DNA from: an uncultured Candidatus Saccharibacteria bacterium
GTDB taxonomy: Bacteria; Patescibacteriota; Minisyncoccia; Phycocordibacterales; UBA918
Assembly (NCBI GenBank): GCA_964423385.1
Contig: CAYRER010000009.1
Span: forward strand, 1-33,474
DNA length: 33,474 bases
Direction: 5' to 3'
Part shown: one piece after another, positions 1-9,300 of the stretch
Layout: each line of letters opens with the position of its first letter
How positions within the stretch are numbered: position 1 is the first letter of the stretch
Notes under the pieces: model-generated
What the model saw: only the letters and a program-made list of their open reading frames with translations
What the model was told of the DNA's origin: nothing
Databases searched by the model: none
Made by a program: the position numbers and the translations under genes

Positions 1-156
1 ACCATAAATCTTGGCCGTCGATTCATGCGTCCACAAAGACGCCTTGAATCGACGCAAGACTCCAGAATCACGTTTAGTGTTACTTTAACCAGAAGAGAAC
101 TTGGCCGTTATTTTCCACCAAGGTGGGTACAATCGCCATCGTACAGAATAGAAGAT

Positions 157-165
157 TGCTATACT
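157..165 (+). promoter_or_regulatory. Extended -10-like box TGcTATACT, candidate leaderless promoter for the first cohesin gene
   Basis: TGCTATACT read at 157..165. Only 7 nt (agaagaa) separate it from ATG 173, and there is no Shine-Dalgarno in between. Confidence 0.45.
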
Positions 166-172
166 AGAAGAA

Positions 173-1243
173 ATGGGTATGACCCGCACAGCGTTTGGTG
201 TGGATGCGCAGTCTCTGAGGACGCTCGCTCTTTTCTCATGCCTCTTTGCATTCTACTTTCTATTTTCTTTTTTCTATTCTCCTTCTCCTGCTCATGCCGC
301 TCTCCTCTACTTTGACCCGTCGGAAGCATCGGTCGCCCGCGGAGATACCGTTACTGTTGCGCTCCGCCTCGACACCGATGAGGGCGAGTGTGTAAACACC
401 GTTGACGCAGTCATCCACTACGATTCCTCCATTCGTGCCGTCGACGTCTCGCGCGGGAAATCAATCCTCAGTCTCTGGGTTGAGGATCCGACGATTGACG
501 AGAGTGCACAAACCATCCGCTTTGCGGGCGGGATTCAGGGAGGGTACTGCGGAAGAATCCCCGGTGACCCGGGTCTCACGAATGTTGTGCTCGAAGTCGT
601 CTTCCGTTCCCCGGGCTTCAACATCGGCGGAGGCGCGGGTTCTCCCGACGTGCGCATCTGGCTCGACGACTCCTCGCAGGTCTTTCTCCATGATGGGCTC
701 GGCACGCCGGGTAATCTCCGCCTCCAGGACGCGCTCCTTACGCTCCTCCCCGTGGCCGGCAACACGCCCTCTGATGAGTGGCGGGGCGAGGTGCAGGCGG
801 ACAAAGTGCCGCCCGCCGATTTCTCAATAGAGCTCGCAGAGGACGAGGTAGCGTTTAACGGCAAGTACTTCATCGTCTTCAACACCCAGGATAAGCAGTC
901 GGGCATCGATCACTATGAGGTTATGGAGGAGCCACTCTCGGAGTTCGGCACCTTTACGTGGGGCGGGGCAGATGCGCCGTGGGTAGAGGCATCGAGTCCC
1001 TACGTGCTCACCGACCAGACACTCAACAGCACCATCCGCGTGAAAGCAATCGACAAAGCGGGGAATGTGCGCATTGCCACCCTCGTGCCCGATGAGGCGA
1101 TGCGGAGCATCTCGCGCGACCGGCTCCTCACCATCCTCGTCGTCGGCTCCTTCGTTCTTCTTCTCGGCGGACTCGCCGTCTTCGCACTCTGGAAACGACG
1201 TCAGCGCATTCTCGCGGAGAGCGAGACCACTCCAGACGTATGA
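173..1243 (+). CDS. Secreted cohesin-domain protein with a C-terminal membrane anchor
   Basis: 356-aa ORF. The N-terminal hydrophobic signal ends in AHA. Residues ~43-196 are cohesin-like (GDTVTVALRLDT...SLWVEDP...IRFAGG) and clearly paralogous to domains in 1240..2988 and 3659..4399. An Ig/Fn3-like module follows (TIRVKAIDKAGN). The C-terminal TM helix is LLTILVVGSFVLLLGGLAVFALW, followed by KRRQR. The stop overlaps the next start (ATGA at 1240..1243). Confidence 0.85.
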   Translation: MGMTRTAFGVDAQSLRTLALFSCLFAFYFLFSFFYSPSPAHAALLYFDPSEASVARGDTVTVALRLDTDEGECVNTVDAVIHYDSSIRAVDVSRGKSILSLWVEDPTIDESAQTIRFAGGIQGGYCGRIPGDPGLTNVVLEVVFRSPGFNIGGGAGSPDVRIWLDDSSQVFLHDGLGTPGNLRLQDALLTLLPVAGNTPSDEWRGEVQADKVPPADFSIELAEDEVAFNGKYFIVFNTQDKQSGIDHYEVMEEPLSEFGTFTWGGADAPWVEASSPYVLTDQTLNSTIRVKAIDKAGNVRIATLVPDEAMRSISRDRLLTILVVGSFVLLLGGLAVFALWKRRQRILAESETTPDV

Positions 1244-2988
1244 GCATAGGTATGTTTAGAGACGTACGGCACATCTTCCTTGCAGTATGTATCGTGTTCG
1301 CCCTTCCTTCTCTGGCGGACGCGGCGACGCTCCGGGTGAATCCAAATACCGGCGTATACCAGGTCGGCGGAACGTTTTCGGTGAGCGTCCTCCTCAACAC
1401 CGACGGGAAGGCAGTGAACGCCGCTGACGGCGTGCTCACCTTCAATCCGCGCGAGCTCCAGGCCGTCTCGGTTTCCCGCACGAGCTCGATATTTAACCTC
1501 TGGACGGAAGAGCCCGCATTCTCAAATGCGGCGGGAACGGTCACCTTCGGCGGAGGGTCTCCTTCGGGCTACAAGGGTGCGGCGGGAAACATCGTGACGG
1601 TCACGTTCAGACCCTTGGGTGCAGGGACGCCGAAGGTGAACTTCAGGAGCGGGTCGGCGCTCGCCGCAGACGGCATGGGGACGAACGTGCTCACGGGTAT
1701 GACCGGCGGGACGTACACGGTTTCTGCACCGACTGAGAATCCTGAACCGGAGTACATCACTCCGCCCAATACGCCGACGGCTCCCAAGGTCACCTCGAGC
1801 TCGCACCCCGATTCGGAGAAGTGGTACAGGGAGACGACCGCGCGTCTCGCGTGGGAGGTCCCCCCGGGTGTCACCGCCGTGCGGACGCTCCTCGACGGTT
1901 CCCCCAACACCATTCCGACTATCGTGTACGACGAGGTCATCCGCGAGAAGGTCATTGAAGACCTCGACGAGGGCGTTTCGTACTTCCACATCCAGTTCAA
2001 GAATGCCGATGGCTGGGGCAAGATTACCCACTACCGGCTCGCCGTCGACACAGAGGCGCCGGAAAATTTTGCAATCACCGAGGCCGACGGAGCCGATGCT
2101 CCTCACCGTTCGCTCATCTTCAGCTTCGAGGACGTGTCGCCGGTTGTGGACTACAAGATTCAGATTGACGGGAAGGAACCGGTCCCGTACCGGGATGACG
2201 CCGGAGAGAAGCGGTATGTCCTCGAACCGCTCTCCCCGGGCTACCACACGGTCGTCATCGAAGCGTTCGACAGCGCAGGCAACTCGAGCGTCGCGAGCTA
2301 CTCATTCACCATTGAGGCGTTCGAAAAACCGATTTTTGTCGATTACCCGACACGCATCAACACCGAGGTCATACCAGCCATCAAGGGAAAGACCCGACCG
2401 GGCGCCCGGGTTTCCATCGAGGTGGCGCGCGCGCAGGACGGCATGCTCCTCTCTTCGGTGAGCGGAGCTCCGGAAGGCGGAGACCCGTTCACCGTCCCGG
2501 CCGATGAGAATGGCGAATTCACCTTCATCCCGAATGAGGCATTCCCGCAGGGCGTGTACCTGGTGACGGCAGTCGCGCGGGATGAGTACGGCCGGATGAG
2601 TGAGCCATCCGACCCCATCCGCATCATCGTCGAGCGGCCCGGTTACATCACCCTCGGCTCCTACGTCGTCTCCGCGCTCTCCATCATCATCCCGCTCATT
2701 GCGCTCGTCTTCCTCCTCGCGTTCGGCTCGTGGTACCTCTACCACCGGCTCTCGCTCTGGGTCCGTCGCGTCCGGAAGGAGGCCCTCGAGGCGGAGGAGA
2801 GTCTCACCGTCGAGTTCAACGCCATTGTGAAGAACCTCAATGAAAAGGTTGCGGCGCTCAAGGATTCGCGCAAGGGAAAGCTCACCCGAGCGGAGCTCGA
2901 CCTCATCGGGCAGATGGAGGACGACCTCAAGAAGGCCCGCTCGCGGATTGCGAAGGAGGTCGGAGACATCGAAGATATTCTTAAGTAA
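1240..2988 (+). CDS. Cohesin-domain surface protein with Fn3/Ig-like modules, a C-terminal TM anchor and a cytoplasmic coiled-coil tail
   Basis: 582-aa ORF. Signal peptide ends in ADA. The cohesin-like domain reads GGTFSVSVLLNTDG...NLWTEEP...VTFGGG. Ig-like modules are present (PLSPGYHTVVIEAFDSAGN; FPQGVYLVTAVARDEYGR). The TM helix is ALSIIIPLIALVFLLAFGSWYLY, followed by a charged heptad-like tail (EALEAEESL...KKARSRIAKEVGDIEDILK). Confidence 0.85.
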   Translation: MSIGMFRDVRHIFLAVCIVFALPSLADAATLRVNPNTGVYQVGGTFSVSVLLNTDGKAVNAADGVLTFNPRELQAVSVSRTSSIFNLWTEEPAFSNAAGTVTFGGGSPSGYKGAAGNIVTVTFRPLGAGTPKVNFRSGSALAADGMGTNVLTGMTGGTYTVSAPTENPEPEYITPPNTPTAPKVTSSSHPDSEKWYRETTARLAWEVPPGVTAVRTLLDGSPNTIPTIVYDEVIREKVIEDLDEGVSYFHIQFKNADGWGKITHYRLAVDTEAPENFAITEADGADAPHRSLIFSFEDVSPVVDYKIQIDGKEPVPYRDDAGEKRYVLEPLSPGYHTVVIEAFDSAGNSSVASYSFTIEAFEKPIFVDYPTRINTEVIPAIKGKTRPGARVSIEVARAQDGMLLSSVSGAPEGGDPFTVPADENGEFTFIPNEAFPQGVYLVTAVARDEYGRMSEPSDPIRIIVERPGYITLGSYVVSALSIIIPLIALVFLLAFGSWYLYHRLSLWVRRVRKEALEAEESLTVEFNAIVKNLNEKVAALKDSRKGKLTRAELDLIGQMEDDLKKARSRIAKEVGDIEDILK

Positions 2989-2997
2989 CCACCCGCT

Positions 2998-3657
2998 ATG
3001 CGACAGTACATCGAGACCCACATCGCCATTGCACTCACCCTGATTGTTCTCGCCGCTTCTGCCGGCATCGGCGCATTCGTCGCCGACCGGAATCAGAAAG
3101 AGGCAGAGCGTTCTGTCCGGAGTCTCCTCGAGCGCCAGGAGGCGCGGATGCTCGCGCTTGCCGAAACAACAGACCGCAACGATGCCGATGAGAGCGTTAC
3201 CCCCATCATCAAGGACTGTGAACGACGGAGTGAATTTGACTCGCTCCTCGGAAACCTCGGAAATCTCGGAAAGAAAGACCTCCTCACGACACAGAACCTC
3301 TTCGAGGCGTGCGGAAACTTCGAGCGCGAGCAAAAGGCGCTCACGGTAGGAAAGCTCGAGCGTGAGTTTGAGGTGTACCGGGATCTCCTCGTGCTCCTTA
3401 CGACTTTCACCGAAGACGACCTCGGCGGGTTCCACGAGACCCAGTGGGAGGACATCGTGGAGCACGAGAAGCTTCGGAGCGCGCTCCTCAACGACCTCAC
3501 CAGTATCCAGGGAGAGATTATCTCGGAGCTCATCCAGGGGTCGAGCGTCGGCGGGGAGGCGGTGAGCACACTCGTTGCTGAAGCGCAGGACATCGGTCAG
3601 CGTCTCATTGTGTACGACCGGACGATTGATGAGGCGCGCAGGTCAATCAGCGAGTGA
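2998..3657 (+). CDS. Hypothetical N-terminally membrane-anchored, predominantly helical protein
   Basis: 219-aa ORF, 9 nt after the previous stop. The N-terminal TM is IAIALTLIVLAASAGIGAFV. The rest is charged and helical, with no motif I recognise. G/C-ending codon bias matches the neighbours. Confidence 0.7.
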   Translation: MRQYIETHIAIALTLIVLAASAGIGAFVADRNQKEAERSVRSLLERQEARMLALAETTDRNDADESVTPIIKDCERRSEFDSLLGNLGNLGKKDLLTTQNLFEACGNFEREQKALTVGKLEREFEVYRDLLVLLTTFTEDDLGGFHETQWEDIVEHEKLRSALLNDLTSIQGEIISELIQGSSVGGEAVSTLVAEAQDIGQRLIVYDRTIDEARRSISE

Positions 3658-3658
3658 T

Positions 3659-4399
3659 ATGTTCAGAATCCTCTGGAAAATGCTCTTCCCGCGGTACGCG
3701 GGGAGCGAATTCACCACGGTACGTTACGCGTTCCCCGTGGTTGCGGTAACTGCGGTCCTCGCCGGACTCGCATCGGTTGTCTCGGAGAACAGCTCATACG
3801 TCATTGTTGAGACCGATGCTGAGACGGTCGCTCAGGACGAGCAGTTCATGGTTGAGGTGAAGGTTGCTGCGCACGTGCCGGTCAATGCCGTCGACCTCGC
3901 CATTGCGTACCCGGAGGACTCCGTTGAAATCGATGGCATCGATACCGGCACCTCAGTCATCACCATCTGGACGGAGGAGCCCTACGCGAGGGACGGCACT
4001 ATCCACCTCCGCGGCGGGACGTTCCGGAGGGGGTTCATCGGCGAGCACACCATCGCGCGCATCAAGGCACACGCGACAGAGCCCGGCGAGGCGCGCATCC
4101 TCATCAAGGACACTCAGCTCGTTGCCGGTGACGGCAAGGGGACGGAGGTTCCGACAACGAAGGATTCGTTTTCGAATGTCGTCCGCATCAAGGTGGAGGG
4201 CTCTGACGGAGTCATTTCCGGAAAGGCGGCAATCTCCATCATCACGGATACCGACGGCGACGGCGATGTCGACATCCGCGACATCAGCGCCTTCATGTCA
4301 GCGTGGTTTTCAAAAAATACTATCTTCGACTTCAACGGCGACGGGAGGATGACCTTCATTGATTTTTCAATACTTCTCGCTGATTCCTTCAGGCGGTAG
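3659..4399 (+). CDS. Anchored protein with one cohesin domain and one C-terminal type I dockerin
   Basis: I chose ATG at 3659, 1 nt after the previous TGA. The ORF-track start at 3575 would overlap the upstream gene. TM/signal is YAFPVVAVTAVLAGLASVV. The cohesin-like domain reads FMVEVKVAAHVPVNAVD...TIWTEEP...IHLRGG. The dockerin has two EF-hand-like loops, DTDGDGDVDIRD and DFNGDGRMTFID (nt ~4247..4390). Confidence 0.85.
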   Translation: MFRILWKMLFPRYAGSEFTTVRYAFPVVAVTAVLAGLASVVSENSSYVIVETDAETVAQDEQFMVEVKVAAHVPVNAVDLAIAYPEDSVEIDGIDTGTSVITIWTEEPYARDGTIHLRGGTFRRGFIGEHTIARIKAHATEPGEARILIKDTQLVAGDGKGTEVPTTKDSFSNVVRIKVEGSDGVISGKAAISIITDTDGDGDVDIRDISAFMSAWFSKNTIFDFNGDGRMTFIDFSILLADSFRR

Positions 4400-4453
4400 G
4401 TATTCACTGGGGACAGTGTGTTGATAAGCGGTGTGGATAGCGGGTGGAGCGGC

Positions 4454-4472
4454 TGTACAATACCTGTATACA
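4454..4472 (+). promoter_or_regulatory. Two adjacent extended -10-like boxes (TGTACAAT, TGTATACA) upstream of the acidic protein gene
   Basis: TGTACAAT at 4454..4461 and TGTATACA at 4465..4472. The second box lies inside the 12-bp perfect palindrome CCTGTATACAGG (4463..4474). They sit in the 113-nt gap before ATG 4513/4531. Confidence 0.35.
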
Positions 4473-4512
4473 GGCCCGCGACGGCGATTTTGGGCGAGCT
4501 TGTACGTAGAGT

Positions 4513-6327
4513 ATGAGGAGAAGATACGTAATGGGAAGAGCGCATCGCGATATGCGAGGTTTTGAGTATCTGGCGTACAGTGCGGTTTCGTCCGTGCTTC
4601 TCTTCGTGCTCGTCCTCATTCCGGTTGCTCCTGCGTTTGCTTCCGAGGAAGTAAGTGAAGGAACGATAGCGGAAGCATCGGCAGAACCGGAGAGTGGTGG
4701 AGCGAGTGCCTCGGTAGAAGAATCATCAGGGTCGGAACCGGAAGAAGACGCTCCCGTTGCGCCAACAGAAGAAACAGAAGCTCTGGACCCTGAGGGACTT
4801 CCGGATGGAGAAGGTGAGGAAGATATTTCTCCGGAGGGTGATGAGCCAGGGGAGGATGAAATAATTGAGGAGACGCTCCCTGCATCAGAGGAAGATGTCG
4901 ACATCGTTTCGGATGCTGAAGCAGAATCGGATGGAGAAGTAGTTTCTGAGACAGGAGTTTCTGAAGAAAAACTGGTAGACGCTTCGGAGCAACAGCCGGC
5001 GGATGTTTCGGAGGAATCGGTACCTACCGAAAATGTCGGAACAACTACCGATGCGGAGCTTCCCCTGTCGGATTCCGCAACAACCACCGGGGAAATCTCC
5101 GAAACGCTGACAGACGATGCTCCAGAACAGGCGGCACCTGAAGAAGCTGCTGAGGATGCTGTTCCGGAGCTCGAAGCGAGCACAACTCCCGAAAATCTTG
5201 TCGTCATCGAATCGGCAGAGACCGACGGAAATCCGTTCTCATTCTCAGAGAACGAGTGTGTCTCCGTTGGAGACGGCTCGTTCTACTGCTCATCCGCAGA
5301 GGACGCACCCGCTCCTCTCGGCACCGACCGCGTGTTCTCCGCAGTCGATGCGGACGGCGACAAGGAGATATACGTCGAGAAGGGGGGCGAGCTCACGGCT
5401 GTCACAGAGAACTTCCTCGATGATGACGCTCCGTACTACGATGAGCGCTCCGAGACCATCGTCTGGCACCGGCTCATCGACGGACGCTACCAGATTGTCT
5501 CGTACGACCTTGAGACGGCTGAGGAGACTGTTCTCACAAACGACCGGTACAACAACATGGAGCCGTCCCGGTACGGCGACGTCACCGTGTGGCAGGGGTG
5601 GGTGGGGAACGACTGGGAGATTATGCTCATGGAGGACGGGGAGATTACGATGCTCACTGACAACACCTGGAACGATGTCGTTCCGAATGTGAACGGCGCG
5701 TACGTTGTGTGGCAGTCCTTTGAGGAGAATGCGTGGCGCGTGAAGGTGTACGACACGATTACCGGGGAAGTGACGACCATCGACGACGCAGAAGGGGCGT
5801 CCGTCGAAAACCCGCGCTTCGTTCTCGTGTACGACAGCAAGCGGGAGAACGGCGATGTTGAAACGAAGGGCTTCGATTTGGAGCGCAAAGAGGCCGTTCC
5901 GCTCTCCGCGTCGCCGGCCCCGGTGCCGGAATCAATTCCCGACCCCGACCAGACGGGCGAAGACCGCGCGCTCATCCAGACGGTTACTCAGCTGAAGCCG
6001 AAGACCGAGGGTGAAGAGGATGTGCCGGACGATGTCCCCATGGCGGGCGGAGAGCCGAATCCGACAGGGAGTACGACGACACCCTCCGTTATTTCCGACG
6101 TCGTCATTCCTCCGTTTGATGCAGGGACAACCACCGAGGAGCTCCACGAAGAGGCACCTGCCGAGGAAACGGCGCCGGATACCGGACACATCGAGGATGT
6201 CGTCATTCCAGCCACTCCCGCCACAGGGGATGCAAGCGTGACGGACCATATCGAGGACGTCACCGTGACGCCGTACGTTGAGCCGATAGAACCGGTGGGA
6301 AAGATTGAGATAACGGAGCTCGACTAG
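4513..6327 (+). CDS. Secreted, highly acidic protein with a beta-propeller-like repeat core
   Basis: 604-aa ORF. ATG 4531 is an alternative start, preceded by GAGGAG at 4515..4520. Signal/TM is VSSVLLFVLVLIPVAPAFA. About 200 aa are E/D/S/T-rich low complexity. Repeated blades follow (IVWHRLIDGRYQIVSYDL, VTVWQGWVGNDWEIMLME, YVVWQSFEENAWRVKVYD). The C-terminal tail has HIEDVVIP / HIEDVTVTP / ISDVVIPP repeats. No C-terminal TM. Confidence 0.8.
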   Translation: MRRRYVMGRAHRDMRGFEYLAYSAVSSVLLFVLVLIPVAPAFASEEVSEGTIAEASAEPESGGASASVEESSGSEPEEDAPVAPTEETEALDPEGLPDGEGEEDISPEGDEPGEDEIIEETLPASEEDVDIVSDAEAESDGEVVSETGVSEEKLVDASEQQPADVSEESVPTENVGTTTDAELPLSDSATTTGEISETLTDDAPEQAAPEEAAEDAVPELEASTTPENLVVIESAETDGNPFSFSENECVSVGDGSFYCSSAEDAPAPLGTDRVFSAVDADGDKEIYVEKGGELTAVTENFLDDDAPYYDERSETIVWHRLIDGRYQIVSYDLETAEETVLTNDRYNNMEPSRYGDVTVWQGWVGNDWEIMLMEDGEITMLTDNTWNDVVPNVNGAYVVWQSFEENAWRVKVYDTITGEVTTIDDAEGASVENPRFVLVYDSKRENGDVETKGFDLERKEAVPLSASPAPVPESIPDPDQTGEDRALIQTVTQLKPKTEGEEDVPDDVPMAGGEPNPTGSTTTPSVISDVVIPPFDAGTTTEELHEEAPAEETAPDTGHIEDVVIPATPATGDASVTDHIEDVTVTPYVEPIEPVGKIEITELD

Positions 6328-6378
6328 TTTTCATATTCCTGGCCACAGCAGGGGGTCGCAGGAGCCGCACAAGTAAGG

Positions 6379-6384
6379 GATAAT
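6379..6384 (+). promoter_or_regulatory. -10-like hexamer GATAAT, candidate leaderless promoter for the giant gene
   Basis: GATAAT at 6379..6384, 7 nt upstream of ATG 6392, inside the 64-nt intergenic gap. Confidence 0.35.
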
Positions 6385-6391
6385 ACAGGGA

Positions 6392-9300
6392 ATGGGAGGT
6401 ATGCATTCCAGTCGTTTTCGTCGATGCAGAAAGATTACTGCGGGAGCCTTGGCTTTGCTTTCCGTATTCTCTTCGGTGTGGCCGGGCCTCATCCGGAATG
6501 CGCCTCAAGCAGAAGCGGCGCAGGTTGCGGTAGATACGTCAGTAAACGTCACGGCGACCTCACACCTCCTCGTCGGTGCACAGTCAGTGTTCGTGAACGA
6601 CCAGACGGGGTACAAGTTCTACCGCGACAGCACGGGCATCTGTGTGTACTCGAAGACGACCGACGGGGGCGCAAACTGGAACGCTGCGGTCACCGTTGAT
6701 GCACAGACTGACTGCATCTCGGTTCAGGTGTGGTATGACCGCTGGACTCCGGGCGGTACCGGAACGTACATCCACATCGTGACGATGGATACTTCAGTCG
6801 ACGACCTCTTCTACAATCGTCTCGACACGAACGGCGACACGCTCCTCATGGGTTCCGCGCCGGTCGACGCGAGCGTGAATAGTGGAAACAGCACGGCGAC
6901 GTTTGCCTCCGGCGCAAACGCGCCGTCCATTACGAAGGGAACTGATGGAACCATCTACCTCGCCGCAAATGATGCAACAGATTCATACGTCGTCGAGTGT
7001 TCCGCTTCCTGCAACCTCCAGGCGAGCTGGACGGAGACGGGAACCCGCCCGCAGGACCTCGCAAACGACTACAGCATCCTCGTTCCGCTCGCATCGGGAG
7101 ATATCATGCTCATCAACCGGGACATCTCTCTCGAGGATATCCGCTCAAAAATATGGAACAACTCCTCGTGGTCAGCATCGTGGGCGACCATCGATGCAAA
7201 CGCAACCGACAACACGACGTACGACGGCGGCCTTGCCGCGACGGTGAGCTCAACAACACCGGGGGTGGTGTATCTCGCATATACCGCCGACAACGCCACC
7301 CTCGGCACCGACGACGATGTCAGGGTTGCACGGTACCGCGGCGGCTCGTGGACCGCAGGAACAGACGTCATTGCGAATAACGCATCGCGCGCCATCACCG
7401 GCGTCGCCATCGGCATCGATGCGGCAAACGATGACGTGTACGTTGCCTATTCGGCGCGCACGACCGCAGGCACCGCAGGCACCGGGAATGTGTACTGGAA
7501 GTGGGCGACGACCTCTATGCAGAACTGGAGCGCGGAACAGGGACCGGTGAACACGTCGGGTGCAGACGACATTTATGGCATTGACCTCAATAATGTGAGT
7601 GATCAGCGTCTCCTCGTTTCGTGGTACGAAGCGACCGAGGATTACATCTATGCCGACACCATCGCCGACATTTTCCCAGGTATCCACGCATCCTCCTCGG
7701 GGACGCAGACAGCGACCGTCTTCGCGAGTACGTCGAACGTCTACCTTGGGGGAAAATTTCTCCTTTACAACACGTACAAGCCGATTGACGTCACGGGCAT
7801 CACGCTCACCGAGAGCGGTACCATCGACGGCTCTACAAACATTGCGAACGTGAAGCTCCTGTATGAGTCGGATACCGTCGCACCCTACGACTGTGCTACC
7901 AATACGTACGACGGCACCGAGAGCCAGTTCGGCTCGACAGACGGCAACGGCTTCTCGGGCGCCGACGGCACGTCGGCGTTTACCGGTACGAGCGTTACGG
8001 TGAGCACCTCGAGCGCGATGTGTGTGCACGTCATCTTCGACGTGCTCGACAATACCGAGAACGGTGCAACGATTGATATCTCGATTGCAAACCCGACAAC
8101 CGACATCACCGCGACCGGCCCGACAGGTCCGGCAACTGCACAGAATATCTCCGGCACAACGCAGGTCTTAAACGATGAGCCGACGCAGACCCACTACCAC
8201 TGGAGAAACGACAACGGGACGGAGGCGGGAGCGACGTCGCGCACCGGGGGGGTAGAAGACACTTCGCTCACTGCGCTCCAGCAGGGGACACCGGTGCGCC
8301 TGCGCCTCCAAGTATCGAATGAGGGCGGAAGCTCGACGCCCTCTCTGCAGTACCGGCTCGAGTATGCGCAGACATCGGGGACCTGCGATGCGGCAACCGG
8401 CTGGACCGACGTCGGTGCCACGGGCGGTGATTTCGATATGTATGACAGCTCGAATCTCACCGATGGAACCGATACGACCGACATCGCGCTCGGCTCCCTT
8501 GGTGCGGTCACCAACCCCGGCGGGAAGACCTTCCTCACACCCAACGGCGGTGTGAAAGATACATCATCACAAACCGCAAACATCCTCCTCTCTTCGACTC
8601 AGTTCACCGAGCTCGAGTATTCCATCGTCGCCTCAACGTCCGCGACCGAGGGGAACACGTACTGCTTCCGCGCCACCGACAAGGGGAACCCGCTCTTCCT
8701 CTACAGCCAGTGGGGACGCGCGACGATTGCCGCCGATGTCCTCGTTTCGGCGACCGGTACGCAGACAGCGACGACAAACCTCCCCGCGACCAACTTTTAC
8801 GTCGGCGGTGCCTACGTCATTACGGAGAACACAGGATCACGAAATGTGACAGGAATCACCATAAGTGAAGCCGGCACCGTAGATGGAGCGACCGACCTCG
8901 AGAACATCCGCCTCTACTACGAACTCGACACATCGGTGCCGTACAATTGCGCGAGCGAATCGTACGGCGGGAATGAGGCCCAGTACGGTGCAACATCGAC
9001 CGCGTTCAGCTCGGCAAACGGTACCTCAACGTTCACCGGCTCTGTCGCCATCTCAACGACGGCGACGATGTGCGTCTACGTGGTCCTCAACACGACTGCG
9101 ACAGCGCAGAACGGCGAGACGGTGAATATCGTCATCGAGTCGCCGTCCACCAACGTCGTCGTCTCTGGCGGGGGCACGGTGAGTCCGGCGACGACCCGCG
9201 ACATTACCGGAGAGACGACACTCCAGGGTGCAGTGCTCACCCAGACCCGTTACCACTTTAGAAACGACAATGGTTCTGAGGCGGCGGCAACGTCTGCTAC

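Noticed and set aside
16-54. Strong compound hairpin that could be a terminator or part of an ncRNA. The outer stem pairs CGTCGATTCA with TGAATCGACG, and the inner stem pairs GCGTC with GACGC.
   Set aside because: The structure is real in the sequence, but no U-tract follows and I recognise no ncRNA family motifs. The upstream context is cut off by the window edge, so it cannot be assigned.
25-315. 96-aa + strand ORF at the window start.
   Set aside because: It overlaps the first cohesin gene in another frame and has no motifs. Region 1..172 has a less GC-biased composition, which suggests non-coding sequence.
2302-3465. 387-aa ORF on the minus strand, antisense to the cohesin gene and the following gene.
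   Set aside because: It lies opposite two + strand genes that have recognisable domains. Its translation is Arg/Glu/Leu-rich with no motifs. Long stop-free antisense frames are expected in GC-rich coding DNA.
4404-5207. 267-aa Ser-rich minus-strand ORF.
   Set aside because: It is the reverse-complement image of the Glu/Asp/Ser-rich low-complexity region of the acidic protein gene (GAA/GAG codons read as TTC/CTC). The + strand ORF continues into a structured propeller domain and has a signal peptide.
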